Origin: Minisyncoccota bacterium
GTDB taxonomy: Bacteria; Patescibacteriota; Microgenomatia; UBA1400; PJMF01
DNA length: 64,000 bases
Direction of reading: 5' to 3'
Assembly: GCA_012515515.1 (NCBI GenBank)
Contig: JAAYYE010000010.1
Span: 18,258-82,257 of the forward strand
How positions within the stretch are numbered: the stretch's first letter is position 1; each line of letters opens with the position of its first letter. The position numbers and the translations under genes were made by a program. Under the pieces are notes generated by a model. The model saw only the letters and a list, made by a program, of their open reading frames with translations, was not told the origin of the DNA and ran no database searches. This document shows positions 1-9,345 of this stretch, one piece after another.

Positions 1-2
1 TC

Positions 3-1058
3 TTATTAAAAAAACAAAAAACTGCAGCTGAAGAAGAGAAACTCATCGATGAAAAATTAGAGTCTGCCGTTAATAAAGTTTTTGGTATGACTGCCAATAA
101 GATTGCTCTACAAAGTAAGAGCATTTTGCAAAGTGAGCAAGATTTATTAAAAACAGATTTAGCTAACAAGCAAGCGATTATCGAAAAATTAGTGAAGAAA
201 CTTCAAGAAGATTTACAGCAAAGACAAACAGAAATTAGAGAAATCGAGAAGCAACAAATTGATAAAATCGGCAGAATGACTACGGCGATTGAGGATCATC
301 GCTTGCTAACCAAAGACTTAAAAGTGTCTACAGAAAAATTAGCTCAAGTATTAGACAATAATCAAACGCGAGGTGCTTGGGGAGAAAAAATTATTGAGGA
401 TTTATTGCGAGCCAACGGCTTGCAAGAAGGAGTTCATTACTTGCGCCAAAGTAAACAGGAAAATGCCAGTTTAATACCAGACATTACCTTACTTTTGCCC
501 GACAATCGCAATGTGCCAGTTGATGTGAAATTTCCTTATCAAGAAATTCAAAAGATGTCTAATGCTGAAAGTAAAGAAGAAAAAAAGAGCCATTTGCAAC
601 AATTTGCCAGGGATTTAAAAATAAAAATTGACAAAGTGGCTGAGTACATTTCACCAGAAAGAGACACTTTAGATTATGCCATCCTCTTTGTGCCTAATGA
701 AATGGTTTTCTCTTTTATCAATCAAAAATTGCCAGAAATTATCGATGAAGCCTTAGCTAAAAAAGTCATTCTATGTTCGCCTTTTAGTTTTTTAGTGGTG
801 GCTAGAACGGTGATGGAAAGTTATCGAAATTTTATGGTGGGTAAAAAAATGCAAGAGGTGATTAAACAAGTGGAAGCCTTTGGCGAAGAATGGAAAAAAT
901 TTGACGAAGAGTTTCAGAAATTTGGTAGAAGTATTGAGAGCTTGCAAAAGAATTTTGACACTCTCAGTGGCACGCGTAAGAAACAAATGGAAAAAAGAAT
1001 TAGTCGGATCGAAGAATACCGCTCTGGTTCAGGGAAATTATTAAGCAAAGTAGACTGA
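3..1058 (+). CDS. rmuC: DNA recombination protein RmuC family (5' partial; the frame is open from the window edge)
   Basis: Coiled-coil N-terminus; motifs RGAWGE, PD..LLP, VDVKFP, YAILFVPNE, SP. No in-frame stop between nt 3 and the ATG at 87. Confidence 0.9.
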   Translation, partial: LLKKQKTAAEEEKLIDEKLESAVNKVFGMTANKIALQSKSILQSEQDLLKTDLANKQAIIEKLVKKLQEDLQQRQTEIREIEKQQIDKIGRMTTAIEDHRLLTKDLKVSTEKLAQVLDNNQTRGAWGEKIIEDLLRANGLQEGVHYLRQSKQENASLIPDITLLLPDNRNVPVDVKFPYQEIQKMSNAESKEEKKSHLQQFARDLKIKIDKVAEYISPERDTLDYAILFVPNEMVFSFINQKLPEIIDEALAKKVILCSPFSFLVVARTVMESYRNFMVGKKMQEVIKQVEAFGEEWKKFDEEFQKFGRSIESLQKNFDTLSGTRKKQMEKRISRIEEYRSGSGKLLSKVD

Positions 1059-1111
1059 TTATTTAATTATATTAAGGAAAGTATCAATTTAGCTTTATAA
1101 TAAAGAAGTTT

Positions 1112-2542
1112 ATGTCAAAATCAACTTTAAGCCGCAGCTCTATCATTAGCAGTAAAGATAAAATTAACGATCTGGTTAAATTAGCCGGTTGGGTAGCCAA
1201 TAAACGTGATCATGGTAAAGTAACTTTTATTGATTTGCGCGATGAAACAGGCTTAATTCAGTGTGTCGGTATTAACAATAAATTAAAAGATTTGACGATT
1301 GAATCTGTTGTCGAAGTCTTTGGCAAAATTAATAAAAGACCAGAATCATTAATTAACCAAGAACTAGAAACTGGTGAGATTGAACTATTTGTTGAAGATT
1401 ATCAGATTTTAAATAAAAGTAGCGAATTGCCGATTAGCATTGAAGACGATGGTTTAAACATTAATGAAGAATCACGCCTGCAATATCGCTATTTAGATTT
1501 AAGACGCAGTCGTTTACAGAAAAACTTGCGCCTAAAATCCAAGTTGATTAATGCTTTTCGCAAAGAATTACTTGATCAAGATTTTGTCGAAATTGAGACG
1601 CCAATGCTGACTAAATCGACCAAAGAAGGGGCTCGAGATTTTATTGTTCCTTCTCGACTTCAGACTGGAAAATTTTATGCTTTACCCCAAAGTCCGCAAC
1701 AATACAAACAATTGTTAATGGCTGCAGGTTTTGAAAAATATTTTCAACTAGCTCGCTGTATTCGCGATGAAGATTTGCGAGCTGATCGAGGCTTTGAGTT
1801 TACCCAATTAGACCTGGAAATGAGTTTTGTTGATCAGCCAACAATTATGAATTTTTTAACAAATTTAGTGATTAAGGTCTGTCAAGAATTGGGCGTAAAA
1901 ATTAAAGATGAAAATTTTCCTATTTTTGATTATCAAGAAGCTTTGACAAAATTTGGGGCAGATAAGTTTGACTTACGTAGTCCAGAAGATAAAAAAGAAG
2001 GTGTTTTGGCTTTTGCCTGGGTAATTAATTTTCCTTTTTTCAAAAAAGTTGATAAAAATGATCGTGCCGAAGCCTCGGATAGTAAAAGTGCTTGGACTTT
2101 TACCCACAACCCATTTTCCAGTCCAATTCCAGAGCATATTGCTGCTCATTTAGAGGGCAATCAAACAGAAAAAATTATTGCTAGTCAGTATGATTTGGTG
2201 TGCAATGGCTTTGAAGTGGCTGGTGGTAGTTTACGGGCTCATCAGGCAGAAGTGTTGCGTGCCACTTTTCGCACCATGGGCTATAGTGACGAGCAAATTG
2301 AGGAAAATGTGGGCCACATGTTAAAAGCTTTTTCTTTAGGTACGCCTCCCCATGGTGGTATTGCTTTTGGCATTGATCGTCTCCTGATGTTGATGGCGGG
2401 TGAAGATAATTTAAGAGAAACAATGGCTTTTCCTATGACCGCTGGTGGTCGAACCAGTGTGATGGATGCTCCAAGCGCTGTCAGTGATGAACAGCTGGCC
2501 GAATTAAAATTAAGCGTGGCTTCAAACAAAAAATCGAGTTAG
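1112..2542 (+). CDS. aspS: Aspartate-tRNA ligase (short form, probably non-discriminating)
   Basis: RDHG..FIDLRD OB fold, EGARDF, ALPQSPQQYKQLLM, RDEDLRADR, EFTQLDLEM, PPHGGIAFGIDR. At 476 aa the GAD insertion is largely absent. Confidence 0.96.
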   Translation: MSKSTLSRSSIISSKDKINDLVKLAGWVANKRDHGKVTFIDLRDETGLIQCVGINNKLKDLTIESVVEVFGKINKRPESLINQELETGEIELFVEDYQILNKSSELPISIEDDGLNINEESRLQYRYLDLRRSRLQKNLRLKSKLINAFRKELLDQDFVEIETPMLTKSTKEGARDFIVPSRLQTGKFYALPQSPQQYKQLLMAAGFEKYFQLARCIRDEDLRADRGFEFTQLDLEMSFVDQPTIMNFLTNLVIKVCQELGVKIKDENFPIFDYQEALTKFGADKFDLRSPEDKKEGVLAFAWVINFPFFKKVDKNDRAEASDSKSAWTFTHNPFSSPIPEHIAAHLEGNQTEKIIASQYDLVCNGFEVAGGSLRAHQAEVLRATFRTMGYSDEQIEENVGHMLKAFSLGTPPHGGIAFGIDRLLMLMAGEDNLRETMAFPMTAGGRTSVMDAPSAVSDEQLAELKLSVASNKKSS

Positions 2543-2551
2543 AATTAAATA

Positions 2552-3517
2552 GTGAAGAACTTATCTTGGCGAAGTGTTTTATTGTATTTAATTGCTTTAT
2601 CTTTATTGTTGACTTTATTTTTAATATTTTATCCAGTAAAAGTAATCAGCAAACAAGCTGTTTATTTACGACCGCTAGATTTATTGCCTGTTTATAAAAA
2701 TCCCGATATTAATCAAGAATTTCTTTGGAAAAATTTAGATCTCAGTGCTCAAAGCGCCTATGCTTTTGATTTAACAACTGGGACTTTACTCTATGAAAAA
2801 GATTCGCAACTCAAGCTTTATCCAGCGTCTACCACAAAAATGTTAACAGCTCTGGTTGCTGTTGATCATTATTCTTTAGAAGAGTCGCTAAGCGTCAATG
2901 GAGAAAATCAAATTATTGGTAATAAACTTAATTTAGTAAATGGCGAGCAAGTGAAGGTTAAAGATTTATTAGCTGCTTTACTATTGGCTTCGGCCAACGA
3001 CGGCGCTTATGTTTTGGCCAATAATTATCCTGGCGGCTTAGAAGCTTTTGTAATAGCAATGAACGACAAGGCAGAAGAGTTAAATTTACAGGATAGCGTT
3101 TTTTCTAATCCCGCTGGCCTAGATGAAATCCAACAGTTAAGTTCTGCTCGAGATTTAAACATTTTGGCTAGAGAGTTGTTGAAAAATGATTTGTTAAGAA
3201 AGTTAGTGGCTACACCATATTTAGAAATAAACGCCTCACATCAAGAAAATTTAAAGCAGGTGACTAGCGCTTATCAATTATTTAATACCAATCAGCTTTT
3301 AGGAAGCTTAATGGGCGTTAAGGGTGTGAAAACTGGTACTACTGATTGGGCTGGCCAAGTCTTAGTGACGCTGATAGAGCGTGATGGACGAGAAATTTTG
3401 ATTAGTTTAATGAATAGCCAAGATCGTTATGCTGATACGCAAAAATTATTAGCCTGGATTTTTAATACTTATCAATTTATTAATCCGAGCGAAAGTATCA
3501 TTAATATTAATTTTTAA
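2552..3517 (+). CDS. D-alanyl-D-alanine carboxypeptidase (peptidase S11)
   Basis: PASTTK (SxxK), SAND (SxN) and KTGTT motifs; N-terminal TM/signal segment. Confidence 0.92.
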   Translation: MKNLSWRSVLLYLIALSLLLTLFLIFYPVKVISKQAVYLRPLDLLPVYKNPDINQEFLWKNLDLSAQSAYAFDLTTGTLLYEKDSQLKLYPASTTKMLTALVAVDHYSLEESLSVNGENQIIGNKLNLVNGEQVKVKDLLAALLLASANDGAYVLANNYPGGLEAFVIAMNDKAEELNLQDSVFSNPAGLDEIQQLSSARDLNILARELLKNDLLRKLVATPYLEINASHQENLKQVTSAYQLFNTNQLLGSLMGVKGVKTGTTDWAGQVLVTLIERDGREILISLMNSQDRYADTQKLLAWIFNTYQFINPSESIININF

Positions 3518-3565
3518 GAACTTGAATAGTCTGGAACAAGCCATTATACTAATAAATAGATTTAT

Positions 3566-4669
3566 ATGAATAATTCAGTCACTAATAAAAATAAGACGAG
3601 CATGGAACCAACCCTAACTAATATTAATTATTTTAGTCGGGTAGGACTGAAATTTTTATTAATTGGGATAGTGGTATTAATGCTTGGCCGAGTTCTCTGG
3701 AATGCTTTTATTGCTTATTGGACAAGAACCCATCCTCCTGGTCCTCCACCACCAACAGTTGCCTTTGGTATTTTACCCAAACTTAATTTTCCAATCCAAG
3801 ATGAGGACGATAAGCCCGACGAATATGTTTTAGAAATAGCTGGCACTCTAACTGATTCAGTTGACCAATTAAAAGTCTATTTCATGCCCAAACCATCCGT
3901 CAGCCTATTAACCGATCAAAAAGTTAAAGAAATAGCTGCTAAATATGGTTTTATCTTTTCTCCAGAAATGCTGGCGGGAGATCTTTATCGTTTTACTAAA
4001 ACTCAACCTTTAGATATGAGTTTAGAAATTGACTCTAATTTCTTAAATTTTTCAATTAACAGTAATTATTTGGCAAAACCAGAATTATTAATTAGTGAGC
4101 AAAAGCGCAATTTACCAGAGGAATTTGAGGCAGTTAATGTCGTTAAACAGTTTTTAACGAGCGGTGGTTTAATGCCAGTTGATGTGGCTACCAGTGCGGG
4201 CACAATTAATTATCACAAATCTCTTGGCGGAGAACTTAATCCAGCTCTGTCTTTGTCTGAAGCAGATTTTGTGAAAGTTGATCTAAATCGGATTCCCGTT
4301 GACGATCTATATCCACTCTACACTCCTGAGGGAGAGAAGGGCGTCATTTCTGCCATGATCAGCGGGGCTGTTTCTGGAACTACTTCTGTTGTAGAAATGG
4401 ACTATTTTTACCACGAAGTCGACTATTCAACTTTTGAAACCTATCCTTTAAGAGGGATTAAGTCGGCTTGGAACATGGTCCAAGCTGGAGAAGCCTACGT
4501 GGTCGGCGGGCAAGATTTAGAACGAGTGGTGGTGCGCAGTGTTGAATTAGCCTATTATGATGATTTTCAGTATCAGGCTTATCTTCAACCAATCTATGTA
4601 TTTAAAGGGGACAACAACTTTTTGGCCTATGTTAGTGCCATTCATCCCAATTATCTTCAGAAAGAATAA
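3566..4669 (+). CDS. Hypothetical membrane-anchored extracellular protein
   Basis: 367-aa ORF with one N-terminal TM, a Pro-rich PPGPPPPT linker and a C-terminal YLQPIYVF motif; overlaps the gltX start. Confidence 0.75.
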   Translation: MNNSVTNKNKTSMEPTLTNINYFSRVGLKFLLIGIVVLMLGRVLWNAFIAYWTRTHPPGPPPPTVAFGILPKLNFPIQDEDDKPDEYVLEIAGTLTDSVDQLKVYFMPKPSVSLLTDQKVKEIAAKYGFIFSPEMLAGDLYRFTKTQPLDMSLEIDSNFLNFSINSNYLAKPELLISEQKRNLPEEFEAVNVVKQFLTSGGLMPVDVATSAGTINYHKSLGGELNPALSLSEADFVKVDLNRIPVDDLYPLYTPEGEKGVISAMISGAVSGTTSVVEMDYFYHEVDYSTFETYPLRGIKSAWNMVQAGEAYVVGGQDLERVVVRSVELAYYDDFQYQAYLQPIYVFKGDNNFLAYVSAIHPNYLQKE

Positions 4670-6153
4670 TGATGCAAAGTGATAAAACGCCAATTCGCAC
4701 CAGAATGGCACCTAGTCCTACCGGTGATATGCATGTGGCTAGCATGGCAACTTTATTAAAAAATTATGCTTTTGCTAAGAGACATCAGGGACAATTTATT
4801 TTAAGGATTGAAGACACTGATAAAGTGAGAGAGGTTGAAGATGGAGTTAATAAAATTCAATCAATAATTAAGCAATATGGTTTAGATTGGGACGAGGGGC
4901 CTGGTAAGGATGGCGCATGCGGTCCTTATATTCAATCTCAACGACTTGAAATTTATCAAGAGAAAGCCAAAGAATTAGTAGAGCAGGGTCAGGCTTATTA
5001 TTGTTTTTGTTCAAAAGAGCGTTTAGATGAGGTCCGTCAGCAACAACAAGCCTCGCATCAGCCTCCTCGCTATGATGGACATTGTCGGCATTTAGCTCAA
5101 GCAGAAATAGAAAAACGTTTAGCGGCTGGAGAAAATTACGTTATTCGTTTAAAAGTTCCGGAAAATCAAGAAATCAGTTTTACAGATTTACTTCGAGGTA
5201 AAATCACTTTTAATTCAAATCAAGTCGACGATCAGGTTTTATTAAAATCAGACGGATATCCAACTTATCACCTGGCTGTAGTGGTAGATGATCATTTAAT
5301 GAAAATTACTCATGTGATGCGTGGTGAAGAGTGGATTAGTTCCACGCCTAAACATATTTTATTGTATCGCGCCTTTAATTGGTCTCAGCCAATTTTTGCT
5401 CATTTTCCGCTTTTCTTAAATCCCGACGGCAAAGGCAAGATGAGCAAAAGAAAGGGTACAGTTTCGGCACAATCATTTTTAGATAAAGGCTATTTACCAG
5501 AAGCGGTGCTTAATTTTTTGATGATTCTGGGTTGGGCAGCTAAAGATCAAAAAGAAATCATGTCTTTAGCGGAATATATCCAAGAATTTGATCCTGCAGA
5601 TTTGAGCATGAATTCAGTGATCTTTGACATTCATAAACTCGACTGGTTAAATGGGATTTATATTCGTAACTTATCTAGAGAAGAATTAAAAAAACGTCTA
5701 CAAAACTTTATTCCACCAGAATTTCCTCTAGATAAATTAGATCAAATTTTAGATTTAGTTTATGAGCGCTTAGTGACTTTAGCTGATTTCTCCGAGTTAA
5801 CAGATTTCTTTTACAAGGAGATTGATTATTCGCCAACACTCTTGCTCAAAAAAGCTGAAAATCAAGAAGATTTAGTCTTAGAGCAAATTCAATTAACTAA
5901 AAATATTTTTCACTCCTTGGCTGATTTCACAACTTTAGAACTCGAAAAAGAAATTAGAATTCTTCAAGAAAAACAAGCTTGGCAAAAAGCTCAATATTTT
6001 ATGATGTTGCGAATCGCCATGACTGGCAAAACAGCCACTCCACCCTTGTTTGAAACAATTGACGCACTGGGTCGAGAATTAGCTAGCCAAAGATTAGATT
6101 TGGCTACTAAGAAAATTAAGAATCATGAAAAAACAGAAGACAACAGCCTTTAA
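4669..6153 (+). CDS. gltX: Glutamate-tRNA ligase
   Basis: RTRMAPSPTG, LRIEDTD, WDEGP, YYCFCS, PTYHLAVVVDD, RGEEW, KMSKR. Confidence 0.97.
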   Translation: MMQSDKTPIRTRMAPSPTGDMHVASMATLLKNYAFAKRHQGQFILRIEDTDKVREVEDGVNKIQSIIKQYGLDWDEGPGKDGACGPYIQSQRLEIYQEKAKELVEQGQAYYCFCSKERLDEVRQQQQASHQPPRYDGHCRHLAQAEIEKRLAAGENYVIRLKVPENQEISFTDLLRGKITFNSNQVDDQVLLKSDGYPTYHLAVVVDDHLMKITHVMRGEEWISSTPKHILLYRAFNWSQPIFAHFPLFLNPDGKGKMSKRKGTVSAQSFLDKGYLPEAVLNFLMILGWAAKDQKEIMSLAEYIQEFDPADLSMNSVIFDIHKLDWLNGIYIRNLSREELKKRLQNFIPPEFPLDKLDQILDLVYERLVTLADFSELTDFFYKEIDYSPTLLLKKAENQEDLVLEQIQLTKNIFHSLADFTTLELEKEIRILQEKQAWQKAQYFMMLRIAMTGKTATPPLFETIDALGRELASQRLDLATKKIKNHEKTEDNSL

Positions 6154-6946
6154 AAACGGCTCTCAACAACTAGTGGCAGGTTTAGCTGTTGCGGGACAGA
6201 TGGCCATGATGAATCCTCAGATTCGCAATGAATTGGTGCTAGATAAAGCAATTTACGCTAAAACTGGACATGAAAAAAATAAGGATTTAGCTTTTGATTT
6301 ATCAGCCACAGAATATCAAGAAATTATGGCTAAATTAACTTCTTTTGTTAATGGGCCAGCTGGACACTTGGAAACAGAAACTCAACTATATTTAGAACAG
6401 CAATTAAGTCTGATTTTAGGTTTTGATGTGCGCCATGAGCTTGAAGGAAAAAAACTAAATCATAGCATTGGTATTATGGGAGCCGAACAACACCTGATGC
6501 GTTATCCTGGCGACAGTCTTGATCAGCACGATGCCTATCGAGAGGCTGGTTTGGCAAGTAATCGAGGAGCCTTTTCTTGGTTCACAGAAGCGGGTGAACT
6601 TACTCAAGAAGCAATTTTAAGAGAAAAATATTATTTTGCGGTGCAATTAATGTATTTGCCCAATTGGAATCAAGATTATCCTGAGTTAAAACCCTGGTAT
6701 AAATACCGTAAAATGATTATGATTAACCCAAGTGAACAAATGGCTGTGGTTGGGGTAATAGCCGATGCTGGTCCAGCTGCCTGGGTACAAAAACAATTTG
6801 GTGGATCACCAGAAGTAATTAGAGAGGGAAAAGTCTGGTCTAATAACACTCGAGGTCGAGTATTTTTGCTTTTTGTGGATGATCCAGAAGATCAAATTCC
6901 TTTAGGACCTCTTGATATCAGTTTAGAAGCCTTAATGGCTCATTAA
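6125..6946 (+). CDS. Conserved hypothetical protein, possible RlpA-like double-psi beta-barrel
   Basis: 273-aa ORF overlapping the gltX end; C-terminal INP...AVVGVIADAGP...FGGSPE pattern. Confidence 0.65.
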   Translation: MKKQKTTAFKNGSQQLVAGLAVAGQMAMMNPQIRNELVLDKAIYAKTGHEKNKDLAFDLSATEYQEIMAKLTSFVNGPAGHLETETQLYLEQQLSLILGFDVRHELEGKKLNHSIGIMGAEQHLMRYPGDSLDQHDAYREAGLASNRGAFSWFTEAGELTQEAILREKYYFAVQLMYLPNWNQDYPELKPWYKYRKMIMINPSEQMAVVGVIADAGPAAWVQKQFGGSPEVIREGKVWSNNTRGRVFLLFVDDPEDQIPLGPLDISLEALMAH

Positions 6947-6958
6947 AGAAGATTAATT

Positions 6959-7354
6959 ATGATTATTTGTAATTTATATATTGGTTCTCGTTATCCAGTT
7001 AAGCGAGGGCAATTACGGGCAACCGTCAAGCGTGTCTTAAGCGAACGAGGGATTGATCATGCTCAAGTTGATATTTCCATAGTTGGCAGTCGAAAGATCA
7101 AAGAACTTAATGAATCAAAACTTGGACACTTTGGTGTAACCGATGTTTTGTCTTTTCCACAGCACGACAAGGGTCAAATTAATGACTTGCCTTTACCAAA
7201 AGAATTAGCTCCTCATTTAGGTGACATCGTCATTAGTTTTCCAGAAGCAGTCAAAACTGCACGGCGTTTTGGTCGGTTAGTTGACGACCAAATAAATTTT
7301 TATTTAGAACATGGCTTATTTCATTTATTAGGTTATCATCACGATGACCATTAA
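6959..7354 (+). CDS. ybeY: rRNA maturation endoribonuclease YbeY
   Basis: TDVLSFP, LGDIVIS and HGLFHLLGYHH metal-binding motif. Confidence 0.95.
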   Translation: MIICNLYIGSRYPVKRGQLRATVKRVLSERGIDHAQVDISIVGSRKIKELNESKLGHFGVTDVLSFPQHDKGQINDLPLPKELAPHLGDIVISFPEAVKTARRFGRLVDDQINFYLEHGLFHLLGYHHDDH

Positions 7355-7381
7355 TTTTTTAATGTGTTACACTGAATAAAT

Positions 7382-8998
7382 ATGGCTTGGCATCGTCAAT
7401 ATCGTCCAAAAACTATTGAAGAACTAGATATAAAACAGGTTAGAGATAGTATAAAAGCAATGATGGAGGCTGGAAAAATTCCTCAATCATTAATCTTTGC
7501 TGGGCCGAAAGGCACTGGTAAAACTTCTGCCTCAAGAATTTTAGCACTCTTACTTAACGATAAAAAAAATGAAGCTTTAGTGGATCAAGTCTACTTTAGC
7601 CAAGAGTCTAAAAATAAAAAAACCCGAGCTTTTCAAGAACCAGATCCAGATTCAGCACTAGCTAAAAAAGTTTATGAAGGCCAATCATTTTTAGTGAATG
7701 AGCTTGATGCTGCCAGCAATCGCGGCATTGATGATATTCGCCTACTTAAAGAACGAATCGTTCTTCCTCCACAGGGAGCAAAAATGGCCGTCTACATTTT
7801 AGATGAAGTGCACATGTTAACCACCGAAGCCTTTAATGCTTTTTTGAAGATGCTTGAAGAACCACCACCGCACGTGGTTTTTATTTTAGCTACCACTGAA
7901 CTACAAAAATTGCCGGCTACCATAATTTCCCGATGTACCGTCATAAATTTTCAAAAAGCCAGTCAGGAAGAAATTGTCGAATCACTGAAAAGAGTTTTAG
8001 CTAGCGAAAAAATTAAATATAAAGAAGAAGATTTATTAGCCATTGCCAAACGAGCTGATGGCAGTTTTCGTGATGCGGTGAAAATTCTTGAATTAGCCTG
8101 TCAAACTGGAGAATTAAAGATGAGCAGTATTGCTCATTATTTGGGCCAAGACAACCTGGTTTATATTAAAGAATTGCTAAACTTATTATTAGCTAAAGAA
8201 GCCAAAAAAATTAGTCAAATTTTTGAAGAATTGCGCAACAAAAATGTTCAACAAAAAGATTTTTATAAAGATTTATTAGAATTTTTACACGATGATTTAT
8301 TAATCAATTTGGGTATCAAAAAGGGTCAGGCCTTTTCTGAAACAAAAATTGATCGATTTTTGTTAAAAGAATTTTCCATGTGTAACTTACATGAAGAACT
8401 ACCAATTGCTTTTTTAGCCTTGGAATTAAGTTTTTTGGATATCATCGATCGGTCTAATATTCAGAATAAAAAGCCAGGTAATACAGATCAGGGGAAGACC
8501 AAAGAGCTTGATTCCACGCCAACTCCAGTAGCAAGCAAAAAAAAAATCCTCATTAACTCAGTAGTGCCTGATTTCAAAGACAATCCGATAGAACCTGATC
8601 TCACAGAAAACACAGAGCCTCAATTAACCCAGCAACAGCCGGCCCAACAGCAAGCAACCCAACATGAATCAACACATAATGGAAGTAATTCATTGTCTAA
8701 TATTTTACCCATAGAATGGTGGCAAAAATTATTAAACCTTGTCGCTAAAGAAAATTTTTCTTTGTCGGCCTTATTAAAATCCTGTCGTTTAGAAGAAGTG
8801 ATTGATAATACCGCTAAAATATTAGTTTTTTATGATTTTCATAAAGAGCAACTCGAACAGCAGAAATATCAGAATGTGCTCGATCAAAGCTGTCAACAAT
8901 TATTAGGAGAAAAAATTCAATTCAATTTTGTTTTAAGCAAAGCAAGAGAAACCAGCGAAAAGGATTTGCTGGAAACAGCAAAAGATGTTTTGATATAA
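7382..8998 (+). CDS. dnaX: DNA polymerase III subunit gamma/tau
   Basis: YRP, GPKGTGKTS, ELDAASNRGIDDIR, ILDEVHML, AFNAFLKMLEEPP, TIISRC, GSFRDA. Confidence 0.96.
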   Translation: MAWHRQYRPKTIEELDIKQVRDSIKAMMEAGKIPQSLIFAGPKGTGKTSASRILALLLNDKKNEALVDQVYFSQESKNKKTRAFQEPDPDSALAKKVYEGQSFLVNELDAASNRGIDDIRLLKERIVLPPQGAKMAVYILDEVHMLTTEAFNAFLKMLEEPPPHVVFILATTELQKLPATIISRCTVINFQKASQEEIVESLKRVLASEKIKYKEEDLLAIAKRADGSFRDAVKILELACQTGELKMSSIAHYLGQDNLVYIKELLNLLLAKEAKKISQIFEELRNKNVQQKDFYKDLLEFLHDDLLINLGIKKGQAFSETKIDRFLLKEFSMCNLHEELPIAFLALELSFLDIIDRSNIQNKKPGNTDQGKTKELDSTPTPVASKKKILINSVVPDFKDNPIEPDLTENTEPQLTQQQPAQQQATQHESTHNGSNSLSNILPIEWWQKLLNLVAKENFSLSALLKSCRLEEVIDNTAKILVFYDFHKEQLEQQKYQNVLDQSCQQLLGEKIQFNFVLSKARETSEKDLLETAKDVLI

Positions 8999-9051
8999 TT
9001 CAGTTAATAATATTTATTATTATTAGTAAAAATTAGTAAAAAAAGGAGTTT

Positions 9052-9339
9052 ATGTCAGACAAAGCAGGTTTATTAGGCCAGTTAGGAGACCTTAACAAAT
9101 TGCGCAAGCAAGCCAAACAGATGCAACAAGATTTAGCAGCAGAAGAAATTGTTGTTGAAGAAGGGGATATTGTGGTGACAATTGCAGGAGATCAAAAAAT
9201 TAAAGATGTTTCAGTTCAAGGCATTCACAGTGCTGACTTAGTTAATGCTCTGAACAAAGCCATTAAAAAATCTCAAGAAGTGGCAGCTAAAAAATTACAA
9301 AGCATGACTGGTGGTTTAGGTGGAATGCTTGGCAGATAA
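9052..9339 (+). CDS. ybaB: YbaB/EbfC family nucleoid-associated protein
   Basis: 95 aa, KQAKQMQQDL...A..K..SMTGGLG; directly after dnaX; AAGGAG ribosome-binding site. Confidence 0.88.
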   Translation: MSDKAGLLGQLGDLNKLRKQAKQMQQDLAAEEIVVEEGDIVVTIAGDQKIKDVSVQGIHSADLVNALNKAIKKSQEVAAKKLQSMTGGLGGMLGR

Positions 9340-9345
9340 ATTTTC

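Noticed and set aside
9022-9045. Tandem TTAGTAAAAA repeat upstream of ybaB
   Set aside because: Two copies of an AT-rich 10-mer are expected by chance.
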